From positions 1-53,456 of the forward strand of contig DATHWB010000222.1 in the NCBI GenBank assembly GCA_035460965.1: a stretch of 53,456 nt of DNA. The letters are read 5' to 3'. Positions within the stretch are counted from its first letter, which is position 1; each line of letters opens with the position of its first letter. The translations under genes were made by a program, and so were the position numbers. This document shows positions 9,562 through 21,373 of this stretch, one piece after another. Below the pieces are notes generated by a model that worked only from the letters and a program-made list of their open reading frames with translations, did not search any database and was not told the origin of the DNA. The DNA comes from Acidimicrobiia bacterium. GTDB lineage: Bacteria > Actinomycetota > Acidimicrobiia > Spongiisociales > ZC4RG35.

Positions 9562-10425
9562 TCACAGTCCGGCGACCACCCCGTCCAACAGATCTCGTTC
9601 GCTGACAGTCACGGACGTCGCGACCAGCGCACGCATGACCTCTCGGGCGATCACCGCCCCGGCGAGGATGACCGGCGCCCGCGCCGGATCCAGTCCGGGG
9701 AGGGAGGCGGTCTCCTCGACGGACGCAGCCGCCAGCCGGGCCACCAACCGGTCGACGGTGAGCCGATCCAGCACCGCGTCGTGGACCGCGGCGGGGGAGC
9801 CGGCGCGGATCGCCGCCAGCGACGTCCACGTACCCGCCACCCCCATCACGGGCCGCGAGGTCGGCAGCTCGAGGGAAGCGAACAGCCCATCGACATGCTC
9901 CGACGCCGCCTCGAGCTCGTCATAGGTCGCAGGCCTGTGCGGCAGGAGTCGGTCGGTGAGTCGGACGGATCCGATGTCGACCGACACCCCCACGATGCGA
10001 CCCGCCGTGGCATGCACGAACTCGGTGCTGCCGCCTCCGATGTCGACCACGATCGGATCGTCGGTTCGCCCGAGGGTCGCCCCGACGTAGGACAGTCGCG
10101 CCTCCTCCTCCCCCGGGATCACCTGCGGCCGCACCCCGAGCACGGACTCGGCGGCATCGAGGAACTCCTGGCGATTCCCCGCGTCCCTGGTGGCGGAGGT
10201 GGCGACGGCCCGCACCCGTCCGACGGACCGCTCGTCGCAGTGCCGGCGGAACTCCTCGAAGACCGCCAACGTCCTGGCCACCGCATCGTCCGAGAGGCGA
10301 CGACCGGCGTCCACCCCGCGACCGAGTCCGGTGACCCGTGCCAGCCGCACCAGGTCGTGACCGCCTTCATCGACGATCAACAGCCGCATCGAGTTCGTGC
10401 CGATGTCGATCGCCGCCCGTGTCAC
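9562..10425 (-). CDS. ppx: Exopolyphosphatase / Ppx-GppA family phosphatase
   Basis: IDIGTNSMRLLIV...VATSATRDAGN...VVDIGGGSTEF. The start was set at GTG 10425 (VTRAAIDIG), just after the DUF501 stop; TTG 10434 is an alternative. Confidence 0.85.
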   Translation of the reverse strand: MTRAAIDIGTNSMRLLIVDEGGHDLVRLARVTGLGRGVDAGRRLSDDAVARTLAVFEEFRRHCDERSVGRVRAVATSATRDAGNRQEFLDAAESVLGVRPQVIPGEEEARLSYVGATLGRTDDPIVVDIGGGSTEFVHATAGRIVGVSVDIGSVRLTDRLLPHRPATYDELEAASEHVDGLFASLELPTSRPVMGVAGTWTSLAAIRAGSPAAVHDAVLDRLTVDRLVARLAAASVEETASLPGLDPARAPVILAGAVIAREVMRALVATSVTVSERDLLDGVVAGL

Positions 10426-10435
10426 TTTCGACAAG

Positions 10436-10941
10436 CTACCGCGGTTCGCGCCAGGCGGGATTGCGCCGGCCGTCGACGACACAGGGGATCGTGCAGTCCA
10501 GCGGCTCGATCCAGGGAGCGACCAGCGCCCCGACGGGGTTGTCGTTGCCGGCGGCGTGGTCGGCATAGTGGGCGTGGAGGCACTTCACGCCCCCACCCGA
10601 ACCCGCCACCCCGCCGCCGGGCGCCGGATCGGCGCCTTCCGGGACCAACGCGTCACGGTCGTCCGCATATCGGTCGTGCGCCCGCTCGAGTGCCGCCCCG
10701 AACGCGGGGTCGGATGCCGCGCGCCGATCCATCGCCCTCACCCCACCCGCCCCCTCCAGGCGTCCGACACGTGTCGAGGCGAGCGGACACGACAACCAGT
10801 AGCGGGTGGGGAACGGCGTCCCGTCGTCGAGGAACGGAGGCACTGCCGCCACGACCGGCAGCCCCAGCGGGCATCTCGCCACCACGTCGGATGCCGCCCG
10901 GAGCGATCGCCCGATCTGTGCCTCCAGATCGTCGCGGTCGC

Positions 10942-10945
<4 letters not shown>
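10436..10945 (-). CDS. DUF501 domain protein
   Basis: CPLGLPVVAAV...GTPFPTRYWLSCP...VKCLHAHYA. Occupies the conserved position between ftsB and ppx. Confidence 0.8.
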
Positions 10946-13933
<2,988 letters not shown>

Positions 13934-13937
13934 TGCG

Positions 13938-14705
13938 TCAGCGATTCACCCAGCCTCCGTCCACCGCGATGACCTGGCCGGTGACGAAGGCGCTGTCGTC
14001 CGATGCGAGGTAGAGGAAGGTGCCGGCCAGATCGTCGGCGTACCCGCGTCGGGGCAGCGACTGACGCTCGGCCGCCCGCCTGGCGGCAGCCTCCTCGTCA
14101 CCGCCGAGTTCCACCTCGTGCTCGGTGCGGATGGCTCCGGGCATGACGGCATTCACGCGGATGCCGTCCCTGCCGACCTCCCGGGCCAGGGCCCTGGTCA
14201 GACCGATGATCGCCGCCTTGGACGTGACGTAGGCGAGGCTCCCGGTCATCCCGAGGTGAGCCATCACGCTGCTGACGGTGATGATGCTTCCCCCACCCTT
14301 CCGCAGCATGCCGTCGCGCACCGCTCGGGCGCAGAGATACGTTCCCCGCACGTTCACGGCCTGTATCCGGTCCCACTGCTCGACGGTGAAGTCGGTCCAG
14401 GGCAGGCGGTGGGAGGTGGCGGCGTTGGCCACCATCACGTCGATGTCGCCGAACGCATCCCGGGCCGACGCCACCATCCGATCCACCTGCACCTCGTCCG
14501 AGACGTCTGCCACGACGCTGATCGAGTCCCCTCCCGCCGTCGTGATCCGGCCGACCACCTCGGCGGCGAGGGCTTCCATACGATCATCGGGCGCCGAATT
14601 CACGACCACCCGGGCACCCTCGCGTGCGAACAGCTCGCAGACCGCCGCACCGATGCCGCGGGAGGCACCGGTGACGATCGCCACCCGGCCGTCGAGGCGG
14701 GACAC
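13938..14705 (-). CDS. Short-chain dehydrogenase/reductase (classical SDR)
   Basis: VAIVTGASRGIG (TGxxxGxG), NAA, S...YVTSKAA (YxxxK). Confidence 0.9.
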   Translation of the reverse strand: MSRLDGRVAIVTGASRGIGAAVCELFAREGARVVVNSAPDDRMEALAAEVVGRITTAGGDSISVVADVSDEVQVDRMVASARDAFGDIDVMVANAATSHRLPWTDFTVEQWDRIQAVNVRGTYLCARAVRDGMLRKGGGSIITVSSVMAHLGMTGSLAYVTSKAAIIGLTRALAREVGRDGIRVNAVMPGAIRTEHEVELGGDEEAAARRAAERQSLPRRGYADDLAGTFLYLASDDSAFVTGQVIAVDGGWVNR

Positions 14706-14719
14706 TCAGACCCTCCTGC

Positions 14720-15526
14720 TCACCAGATGCTCCAACCGCCGTCCACCACCAGGTTGTGACCGTGGACGAAGGCGGAGGCGCGGGCGGAGAGGAAGACGGT
14801 GGCGGTGACGAAGTCCTCCGGCTGGCCATTGCGGCCCACGGGCGTGTGGTCGGCGTTGCGCTCCCGGACCCGGGCACCGTCCTCGCTGGTCGACGGTCGC
14901 CACGAGATCATCCCCGGGCTGATCGTGTTGACCGTGACCCCGGTGCGGCCCAGCTGACACGCCACGTAATGGGTGAGCCCGATCATCCCGTGTTTGGCGG
15001 CGGTGTACGCACCGGCGCCGCCCTGGGAACTGGTGGAACGCGGGTCCTGACCCAGCGAGCCGTAGATCGACGAGATGTTGATGATCCTTCCGAAACCCCG
15101 ATCCGCCATCTTCGGGCTCAGGAGATGGATCAGTCGCATCGCGGCGATCACGTTGACCTCGTACGTGCCCCGCCACTCGTCCGGGGTCTGGAGTGGCCAT
15201 GGCTTCACGTACGGGTCGCCGCCGGCGTTGTTGACCAGGATGTCGATGTCCTCGTCGATGCCGTCGAGCTCCTCGTACAGGGCGTCGTCGGTCAGATCGC
15301 CCACGATGTACCGGTGCTCCGGACCCAGGGTGGCGAACGTCTCCGCCAGCGCTTCCTCGCTGCGGGCCACGCTGAGCACCCGGGCACCGTGACCGGCCAG
15401 GCCGTGCACGAGTGCCCGCCCCAGCCCGTACCCGCCCCCGGTGACCAGGGCGGTCATCCCGGTCAGGTCGAACAGGTTCTCGTTCGCCATCGACTTCTCA
15501 CTCGCCATCGGCTTCTCAGTCGCCAT
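14720..15526 (-). CDS. Short-chain dehydrogenase/reductase, paralog A
   Basis: ALVTGGGYGLG, NNAGG, SS...YTAAKHG. ATG 15526 follows GAGGAGAG. Alternative ATGs at 15508 and 15490 lie inside a 3x18-bp repeat. Confidence 0.85.
   Translation of the reverse strand: MATEKPMASEKSMANENLFDLTGMTALVTGGGYGLGRALVHGLAGHGARVLSVARSEEALAETFATLGPEHRYIVGDLTDDALYEELDGIDEDIDILVNNAGGDPYVKPWPLQTPDEWRGTYEVNVIAAMRLIHLLSPKMADRGFGRIINISSIYGSLGQDPRSTSSQGGAGAYTAAKHGMIGLTHYVACQLGRTGVTVNTISPGMISWRPSTSEDGARVRERNADHTPVGRNGQPEDFVTATVFLSARASAFVHGHNLVVDGGWSIW
15473..15526 (-). repeat. 3 x 18-bp imperfect tandem repeat, each unit beginning with ATG, at the 5' end of SDR paralog A
   Basis: On the minus strand: ATGGCGACTGAGAAGCCG / ATGGCGAGTGAGAAGTCG / ATGGCGAACGAGAACCTG, encoding MATEKP-MASEKS-MANENL. 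Confidence 0.8.
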
Positions 15527-15695
15527 CGTCTCTCCTCGTCGATCCGGCACCACGCGCTTCGGGGGCGTGGTGCCACTGGTCAAAACACTGGTCCCGTTGC
15601 ACGCGACACGGTCGCCCCTGGTGGCGACTATGTTCCACAGCGCGCAGAATAAACACAGTGCGCGATGCGTGGACTCACAGTACGGAAGGACCGCC

Positions 15696-16787
15696 ATGAA
15701 GATCACCACCCCCGTCCTCGTCCGCCCCGGCGAGCCGATGCAGATGCTCGACCTCGACATCGACGAACCCGGGCCCGGCGAAGTACGGGTCAAGATGGCG
15801 GCGAGCGGTGTGTGCCACAGCTGCCTGCACGCCTACGACGGATCGCACACGGGGATGCCGATGCCGATCGTGCTCGGTGACGAGGGGTCCGGTGTCGTCG
15901 AGTCGGTGGGCGCCGGATGCACCAGGCTGAAGCCCGGAGATCACGTCATCATCTCGTGGGCACCCGACTGCGGAGCCTGCAAGTACTGCGCGCTCGGCTT
16001 CCCCGGGCTGTGCCTGAACGGCGGCCCGGCAGGGAAGATGCGCGACGGCAGCACCCGATTCCACCACGAGGGCACGGACGTCAACCACTACGGGCCCGCC
16101 ACCTACGGTCCTTACATCGTCGTCCCCGAGGCAGCGGCGGTCGAGGTCCGCAAGGACTTCCCCCTCGACCTGGCGGCCCTCATCGGTTGCTCGGTGACCA
16201 CCGGCTTCGGCGCCGTGGTCAACACCGCCGGGGTACGCGCCGGCCAGAGCGTGGCGGTGTTCGGCTGCGGAGGGATCGGCCTGAACTCGATCCAGGCGGC
16301 GGCCGTGGCCGGGGCCTATCCGATCATCGGCATCGACGTGCTCGACTCCAAGCTCGAGTACGCCAAGGAATTCGGGGCCACCCATACGATCAACCTGGCC
16401 ACCCAGGACCTGATGGAGACCATCACGGCGCTGACGGGCCACGGGGTGGACGCCAGCTTCGTGGCGGTCGGCAACACCCGTGCCATGGAGCAGGGACTCG
16501 AGGTGCTCGCCAAGCAGGGCATCGAGGTCATCATCGGTATGCCGGGAACCGGGGAAACGTTCTCGGTCAACCCGCGGCTGCTGCTGGTCGGCGAGCGCCG
16601 GGTGATGGGATCGCGCTACGGCTCGGGAAACCCGATGGTGGAGTTCCCGAAGATGGTGGAACTAGCGATGGCCGGACGTCTGAAGGTGGCGGAACTCGTC
16701 ACCAAGCGGTACGCCCTCGACGAAGCCGACGAGGCCTTCCGTGCCCTGGCCGCCGGTGAACAAGCGCGCGGACTGATCGTCTTCTGA
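15696..16787 (+). CDS. Zinc-dependent alcohol dehydrogenase (MDR family)
   Basis: MKITTPVLV...GVCHSCLH...GDEGSGVV...CGACKYCALG...VFGCGGIGL. The listed ORF 15441-16787 was trimmed to ATG 15696. Confidence 0.9.
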   Translation: MKITTPVLVRPGEPMQMLDLDIDEPGPGEVRVKMAASGVCHSCLHAYDGSHTGMPMPIVLGDEGSGVVESVGAGCTRLKPGDHVIISWAPDCGACKYCALGFPGLCLNGGPAGKMRDGSTRFHHEGTDVNHYGPATYGPYIVVPEAAAVEVRKDFPLDLAALIGCSVTTGFGAVVNTAGVRAGQSVAVFGCGGIGLNSIQAAAVAGAYPIIGIDVLDSKLEYAKEFGATHTINLATQDLMETITALTGHGVDASFVAVGNTRAMEQGLEVLAKQGIEVIIGMPGTGETFSVNPRLLLVGERRVMGSRYGSGNPMVEFPKMVELAMAGRLKVAELVTKRYALDEADEAFRALAAGEQARGLIVF

Positions 16788-16790
16788 CGG

Positions 16791-16828
16791 GGACGGGGGC
16801 GACCCATCGTGGAAGGTCGCCCCCGTCC
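16791..16828. terminator. Bidirectional terminator-like hairpin between the convergent ADH and SDR genes
   Basis: GGACGGGGGCGACC-catcgtggaa-GGTCGCCCCCGTCC (14-bp perfect stem). Confidence 0.55.
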
Positions 16829-16835
16829 TCCCCGC

Positions 16836-17609
16836 TCACCAGATCGTCCATCCCCCGTCGACCACCAGGTCGTGGCCGTTCACGAAGCCGGATCCCTCGG
16901 CCGCCAGGAACACCGTGGCGGTGACGAAGTCCTCGGGCGAGGCGTTGCGGCCGACCGGGGTCTGGTCCGCCAGCCGCACCCACAGCTCCTTGGCCTCCTC
17001 GGACGGGTTCGGGTTCCAGGTGATCATGCCCGGGCTCAACGAGTTGACCGTCACGCCCGAGCCGCCCAGTTGGCACGCCAGATAGTGAGTGAGTCCGTTG
17101 ACACCGTGTTTGGCGGCCGTGTAGGCGCCGGCGCCGGCACGACGGGTGGTGTTGCGCGGGTCCTGTCCCACCGACCCGTACACCGACGCCACGTTGATCA
17201 CCCGGCCCCACCCCCGCTCGGCCATCTTGGGAGTCAGGAGACGGCAGAGCCGCTCGGCCGCGATCACGTTGACCTCGTAGGTGTTGCGCCACTCCTGGGT
17301 CGTCTGCTCCCCCCACGGCTTGGTGTGCGGATCCCCGCCTGCGTTGTTGACGAGGATGTCGACGTGTTCGGGCATCGCGTCGAGCTCCTCGTACAGGGCG
17401 TCGTCCGTCAGGTCGCCCACGATGTACCGGTGCTCCGGACCCAGGGTGGCGAACGTCTCCGCCAAGGCGTCGGCACTTCTGGCCAGACCGATCACCCGGG
17501 CGCCGTGGCCGGCCAGCCCATGGGTCAGGGCCCGACCCAGGCCGTACCCGGCGCCGGTCACGAGGGCCGTTCTTCCCTCCAGGTCGAACAGGTTGCGGGT
17601 GATGTCCAT
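16836..17609 (-). CDS. Short-chain dehydrogenase/reductase, paralog B
   Basis: MDITRNLFDLEGRTALVTGAGYGLG..., YTAAKHG. ATG 17609 follows GGAGGAG. About 70% identical to paralog A by eye. Confidence 0.9.
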   Translation of the reverse strand: MDITRNLFDLEGRTALVTGAGYGLGRALTHGLAGHGARVIGLARSADALAETFATLGPEHRYIVGDLTDDALYEELDAMPEHVDILVNNAGGDPHTKPWGEQTTQEWRNTYEVNVIAAERLCRLLTPKMAERGWGRVINVASVYGSVGQDPRNTTRRAGAGAYTAAKHGVNGLTHYLACQLGGSGVTVNSLSPGMITWNPNPSEEAKELWVRLADQTPVGRNASPEDFVTATVFLAAEGSGFVNGHDLVVDGGWTIW

Positions 17610-17768
17610 GTGCTCCTCCGATGGTTCCACTCCGCGAGACAGTACCTTCGCACAGCGACACACGACGGCGCGGGCGGACCGACGCATCCATCGCATCCGA
17701 CGCCGACGTGCGATGCTCAGCGAGTGACGCGTCACCCATCGGCACTGGCGGAACCGTCCGTGGGGTGG

Positions 17769-18320
17769 ATGGCAGTCGTCGCGTTCGCCGAGTGGGTCTC
17801 AGTCGAGGCCACCCGCGCCGGGTGGTCGCGCGCCCGGGTGGACGAAGTGGTGGTCAGGCTCTTCGAGGTCGAGTCACGCAACCTGGTGCGGCTCGCCAGG
17901 TTCTTCGTCGACGACCGGGATGCCGCCGAGGACCTGGTTCAGGAGGCGTTCATCCGTCTGGCGCGCTCGATCCACCGCATCGAGGAAGACGAGGCTCTCC
18001 CTGCCTACCTCCGGTCCATCGTCCTCAATCTCGCCCGGGACCACAATCGAAGAGGTCTGGTGTCGCTCCGCCATCGCCCGACCTCGGATCCGCCGCCGCC
18101 CGGGCCAGATGAAGGGCTGGAGCTACGGGAAGATCAGCGGCGGGTGATCGAAGCCCTCCGGTCACTTCCCCCCGGCCAGCGAAACTGCCTCGTGCTGCGG
18201 TATTACATGGAACTCACGAACCCCGAGATCGCCCGGACACTCGGCGTGTCGGTCAACACCGTCAAGACCCAGATCCAGCGGGGCATGGCTTCGCTGGAAA
18301 AGAGGCTGGCAAGCGGATGA
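17769..18320 (+). CDS. ECF-family RNA polymerase sigma factor
   Basis: Region 2 (AEDLVQEAFIRLARS...YLRSIVLNLARDHNRR) and region 4 (LPPGQRNCLVLRYYMELTNPEIARTLGVSVNTVKTQIQRG). The start is uncertain (ATG 17769, GTG 17760 or GTG 17838). Confidence 0.85.
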   Translation: MAVVAFAEWVSVEATRAGWSRARVDEVVVRLFEVESRNLVRLARFFVDDRDAAEDLVQEAFIRLARSIHRIEEDEALPAYLRSIVLNLARDHNRRGLVSLRHRPTSDPPPPGPDEGLELREDQRRVIEALRSLPPGQRNCLVLRYYMELTNPEIARTLGVSVNTVKTQIQRGMASLEKRLASG

Positions 18321-18937
18321 CGATGCTCGAGCGCCGACTCACGGAGGCCCTGCGAGCGGGCGCCGACCGCACGGAACCCGCCCCCGATCTCTTCGCCCGC
18401 GTGGCCGGGTCGATCGACGACGACCGACGGCGCCGGCGGCGCGCGGTGCGCGGCGCCGGTGTGATCGTCCTGGGGGTGTGCGCGTTGGTGTCACTCGGCC
18501 TCGGATTCACGACTCACTCGAACGGGAGGTTGGTCATGCCCTGGTGGGCACTGGAACTCATCACGACGGTCGTCCTGATCATCATGGCTCTGTGGCTGGG
18601 CCCGTTCATCAAGCGCTTCGGCCGGGCGTACGCCGCCGACGTCTTCCGCGCCAACCCGCGCACCGGGAAGTCGTACATCGTCCTGACCGACATCGTGTAC
18701 TACCTGATCTTCACGGCCTACATCATGTTCACGAGCCGCTTCCAGCCGGAGCCGGGGTGGGGTTCGGTCGCCGGAGCCGCACAGGCCCAGCTCGCCGTCT
18801 TCCGGGTGGCGGGAATCCTGCTCGTGATCGGAATCCTCCACGGGTTGAACATCGTCCTGATGCCGGTCCTCGGCCGCCTGTTCTCCCTGAATCGAAGGCT
18901 GGACGCCCTCGACCACACCGACGGTGCCGATGACTGA
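18317..18937 (+). CDS. Sigma-coupled multi-pass membrane protein (possible non-canonical anti-sigma factor)
   Basis: Its start overlaps the sigma stop (ATGA). It has a cytoplasmic head of about 45 aa, an Arg-rich stop-transfer (DDRRRRRRA) and about 5 predicted TM segments. No HxxxCxxC zinc anti-sigma motif was seen. Confidence 0.5.
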   Translation: MTMLERRLTEALRAGADRTEPAPDLFARVAGSIDDDRRRRRRAVRGAGVIVLGVCALVSLGLGFTTHSNGRLVMPWWALELITTVVLIIMALWLGPFIKRFGRAYAADVFRANPRTGKSYIVLTDIVYYLIFTAYIMFTSRFQPEPGWGSVAGAAQAQLAVFRVAGILLVIGILHGLNIVLMPVLGRLFSLNRRLDALDHTDGADD

Positions 18938-18938
18938 C

Positions 18939-18967
18939 GAGACCGGTGCCGGAGCCGGAACGGTCTC
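18939..18967. terminator. Hairpin between the convergent membrane-protein gene and mazG
   Basis: GAGACCG-N15-CGGTCTC; the loop contains CCGGAGCCGG. Confidence 0.35.
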
Positions 18968-18978
18968 ACTTCCGGACG

Positions 18979-20421
18979 CTACTTCCCGCGCCGGCGCCGG
19001 ACACGACCCTGGGTTTGCTCCTTCGCCCGCTCCCAGCGGGCGTCGAGCTCGGCGAGGGTGAGGCCGGCGAGGGGGCCTTCTCGCTCCATCATGCGAAACC
19101 GATCCTCGAACCTGTGGACCGCGGCGCGCAACGCCAGGTCGGGATCCACGCCCAGGTGCCTGGCGACGTTGACGGCCGCGAAGAGCACGTCACCCATTTC
19201 CTCCCCCGCCGCTTCCACGTCTCCTCCGGCGTAGGCCTGGCGCGCCTCGTCCACCTCTTCCGCCACGTCGTCGAACACCTCGGCGGCCGCCGGCCAATCG
19301 AACCCCACCTTGGCTGCCTGTCGCTGGATCTCCTGCGCCCGGGCGAGCGAGGACAGCGAAGCGGGCACACCGTCCATGAGCGATCGGTCGCCGGTCACCT
19401 GCTTCTCCGACGCCTTGATCTGCTCCCAGTTGGCCCGCACCGCGTCGGCGTCGTCCGCATCCACGTCCCCAAAGACGTGCGGGTGGCGCCTCACGAGCTT
19501 GCGGCGGAGCACCTCGGCGACATCCGTGATGTCGAACGCCCTCGCTTCGGCGGCGATGGCGGCGTGGAACAGCACCTGCAACAGGACGTCCCCCAGCTCT
19601 TCCTCCAGCTCGGCCTCGACCCCCATGTCCTGCGGACCGGCGACGGCGTGCGCCGCGATGGCGTCGGCCAACTCGGCCGTCTCCTCGAAGAGGTACCGCA
19701 CCAGGGTCTCGTGCGTCTGCTGGCGATCCCACGGGCACTCCAGCCGCAGGCGCGCCATCGTGTCGACCACGCCGACGAGTCCGGATCGAGCCACCGGCAC
19801 GAACAGCGATGTCCGCAAGCCGGCCACGGTCGGATCGAGGTCCGTCGGATGGCCGTGCACGGTCACCTCGGCCGAGGACCCGAGTCCCGACACCAGTGTC
19901 ACCTCGTGCTCTTCCGGCAAGGCACGGTCCAGCCGTGCCAGCACGTCGGCCAGGATCTCGGCACGGTCGAGGTGACCGATGACGGTCGGCACGTCGAACA
20001 CGAGCACCGCAGGCAACTCGTGACCGTTGAGCAGCTGGAACCCGTCGGCCAGGGGATCGACCCCGAACCGGTGGAACATCGCATCGAGGAACGACTCGGC
20101 GGGGTGGATCCTCGTCTCGGCTCTCGCCCGGATCTTGGCCACGGCCAGCTCTCCGACCGTCGGACTGCCGGGAACCGCGTACACGGCGTCTTCCGTCGCC
20201 AGGACCCGATCGGCGATCGCCTCGTACACGTCGTCGAAGCGCTCCGCCCGCTCGTACAGGTCGTCGCACGAGACGACGTCGCGCAACGCCGCCAACTGCT
20301 CTGCGGCGGGGTGTTGGAGCGTGCGAACCAGGACCGTCCGAGTGGGATCGAGCAGCAATCGCCTCGACGCCTCCGGGGTGGCAGCGAGATCGCCGGGGCC
20401 GAGCCCGACGATGTCGATCAT
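18979..20421 (-). CDS. mazG: MazG-family nucleoside triphosphate pyrophosphohydrolase with an N-terminal tetrapyrrole-methylase-like domain (YabN architecture)
   Basis: MIDIVGLGPGD...AVPGSPTVGE (TP-methylase-like), then two MazG repeats (CPWDRQQTHETLVRYLFEETAELADAI... and EEMGDVLFAAVNVARHLGVDPDLAL). ATG 20421 overlaps the upstream stop. Confidence 0.85.
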   Translation of the reverse strand: MIDIVGLGPGDLAATPEASRRLLLDPTRTVLVRTLQHPAAEQLAALRDVVSCDDLYERAERFDDVYEAIADRVLATEDAVYAVPGSPTVGELAVAKIRARAETRIHPAESFLDAMFHRFGVDPLADGFQLLNGHELPAVLVFDVPTVIGHLDRAEILADVLARLDRALPEEHEVTLVSGLGSSAEVTVHGHPTDLDPTVAGLRTSLFVPVARSGLVGVVDTMARLRLECPWDRQQTHETLVRYLFEETAELADAIAAHAVAGPQDMGVEAELEEELGDVLLQVLFHAAIAAEARAFDITDVAEVLRRKLVRRHPHVFGDVDADDADAVRANWEQIKASEKQVTGDRSLMDGVPASLSSLARAQEIQRQAAKVGFDWPAAAEVFDDVAEEVDEARQAYAGGDVEAAGEEMGDVLFAAVNVARHLGVDPDLALRAAVHRFEDRFRMMEREGPLAGLTLAELDARWERAKEQTQGRVRRRRGK

Positions 20422-21341
20422 GCGGGCGGCTGAACCGTGGGGAAGGGATTCACGACCCACGTGCCGTAGTCGGCGTCCACGGTGACGTCGGCTGCCGTGA
20501 CCGCCTCGAGCAGCCAATCCTGGACGAGGCGGCCCTCGCGCTCCGCCTCGAGGCCGACCCGGAGGTCGTCGACCACGGCCTCGTAGGACTCGGAGGTCCG
20601 TTCCGTGACGAGGATGAGGTGGTAGCCGAACTGCGACCGGACGGGCCGCGTCACCTCGCCGAGCGGCGCTTCGAAGGCGGCCAGCGCGAACTCCGGTACG
20701 TAGCGGGAAAGGGAGTCGCACCCGAGTTCGCCACCATTCGGAGCGGTGCCGTCGGTCCCGACGTCCATGGCGACCTCGGCGAAGCTCTCGCCGTCGTCGA
20801 TCCTGTCCTTGGCAGCCTGCGCCTCTTCCTCGGTCTCGACCAGGATGTGACTCACGCAGGCCTGGGTGAGGTCGAACAGGGCGGCGTCGTAGCGGGCTTG
20901 CAGTGCCTCCTCGGTGATCGCGCCGTCGCGGGCCACCAGTGCGGCCCCCACGGCCTCGGCCACCAACTGCTGGTGGGCGATGCGGTAGATGCGTTCCTCG
21001 GTGAATCCGTTCTGCTCCAGGAACTCTTCGTAGCTCGCCCCGCCGCTCTGGGCGACGATCTGGGACTCCAGTTCCGCCCGACGCGCCTCGATCTCCTCGG
21101 GACCGAAGACGATGCCGAACTCCCGTTCCGCCTCCTGGATGACGACCAGTTCCACGATGGCGTTGCGGAGGTTCTCGGCGAACTGGGTGGCGGGAACCGC
21201 CCCCGGGGTCCCGGCGTAGAGCTCTTCCACGTCGGCCACGCTGACCTCGGCGCCGTTGACCGTCGCCACGATCGCACCCGAACCGCCACAAGCGGCGAGC
21301 ACGAGGCCGAGCGCGGCGAGGCGCAGGATCGATTTCTTCAC
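20418..21341 (-). CDS. Parvulin-type peptidyl-prolyl isomerase lipoprotein (PrsA/SurA-like)
   Basis: GTG 21341 gives VKKSILRLAALGLVLAACGG (lipobox). PpiC domain: SHILVETEEEA...GGELGC...FGYHLILV. Confidence 0.8.
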   Translation of the reverse strand: MKKSILRLAALGLVLAACGGSGAIVATVNGAEVSVADVEELYAGTPGAVPATQFAENLRNAIVELVVIQEAEREFGIVFGPEEIEARRAELESQIVAQSGGASYEEFLEQNGFTEERIYRIAHQQLVAEAVGAALVARDGAITEEALQARYDAALFDLTQACVSHILVETEEEAQAAKDRIDDGESFAEVAMDVGTDGTAPNGGELGCDSLSRYVPEFALAAFEAPLGEVTRPVRSQFGYHLILVTERTSESYEAVVDDLRVGLEAEREGRLVQDWLLEAVTAADVTVDADYGTWVVNPFPTVQPPA

Positions 21342-21373
21342 AGGAACCTCAGGAACTCGGAGAGTTCCGAAGT

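Noticed and set aside
17750-17780. GGAAC (17750-17754) upstream of the ECF sigma gene, considered as an autoregulated ECF -35 element
   Set aside because: The nearest GTC/CGTC lies 20-22 nt downstream, too far for the usual 16-17-nt ECF spacer, and it would fall inside or at the annotated start codon.
18979-21291. Track ORF of 770 aa that would extend mazG upstream across the PPIase gene. The listed ORFs 1357-2844, 2370-4631, 7120-9555, 16809-18320, 27044-28759, 27922-29457, 35926-37065, 44702-46855 and 49668-52394 have analogous long N-terminal extensions.
   Set aside because: The extensions are low-complexity and overlap the upstream gene in another frame. Internal starts with an SD sequence or a 4-nt stop/start overlap give N-termini matching the protein families, so these genes were trimmed.
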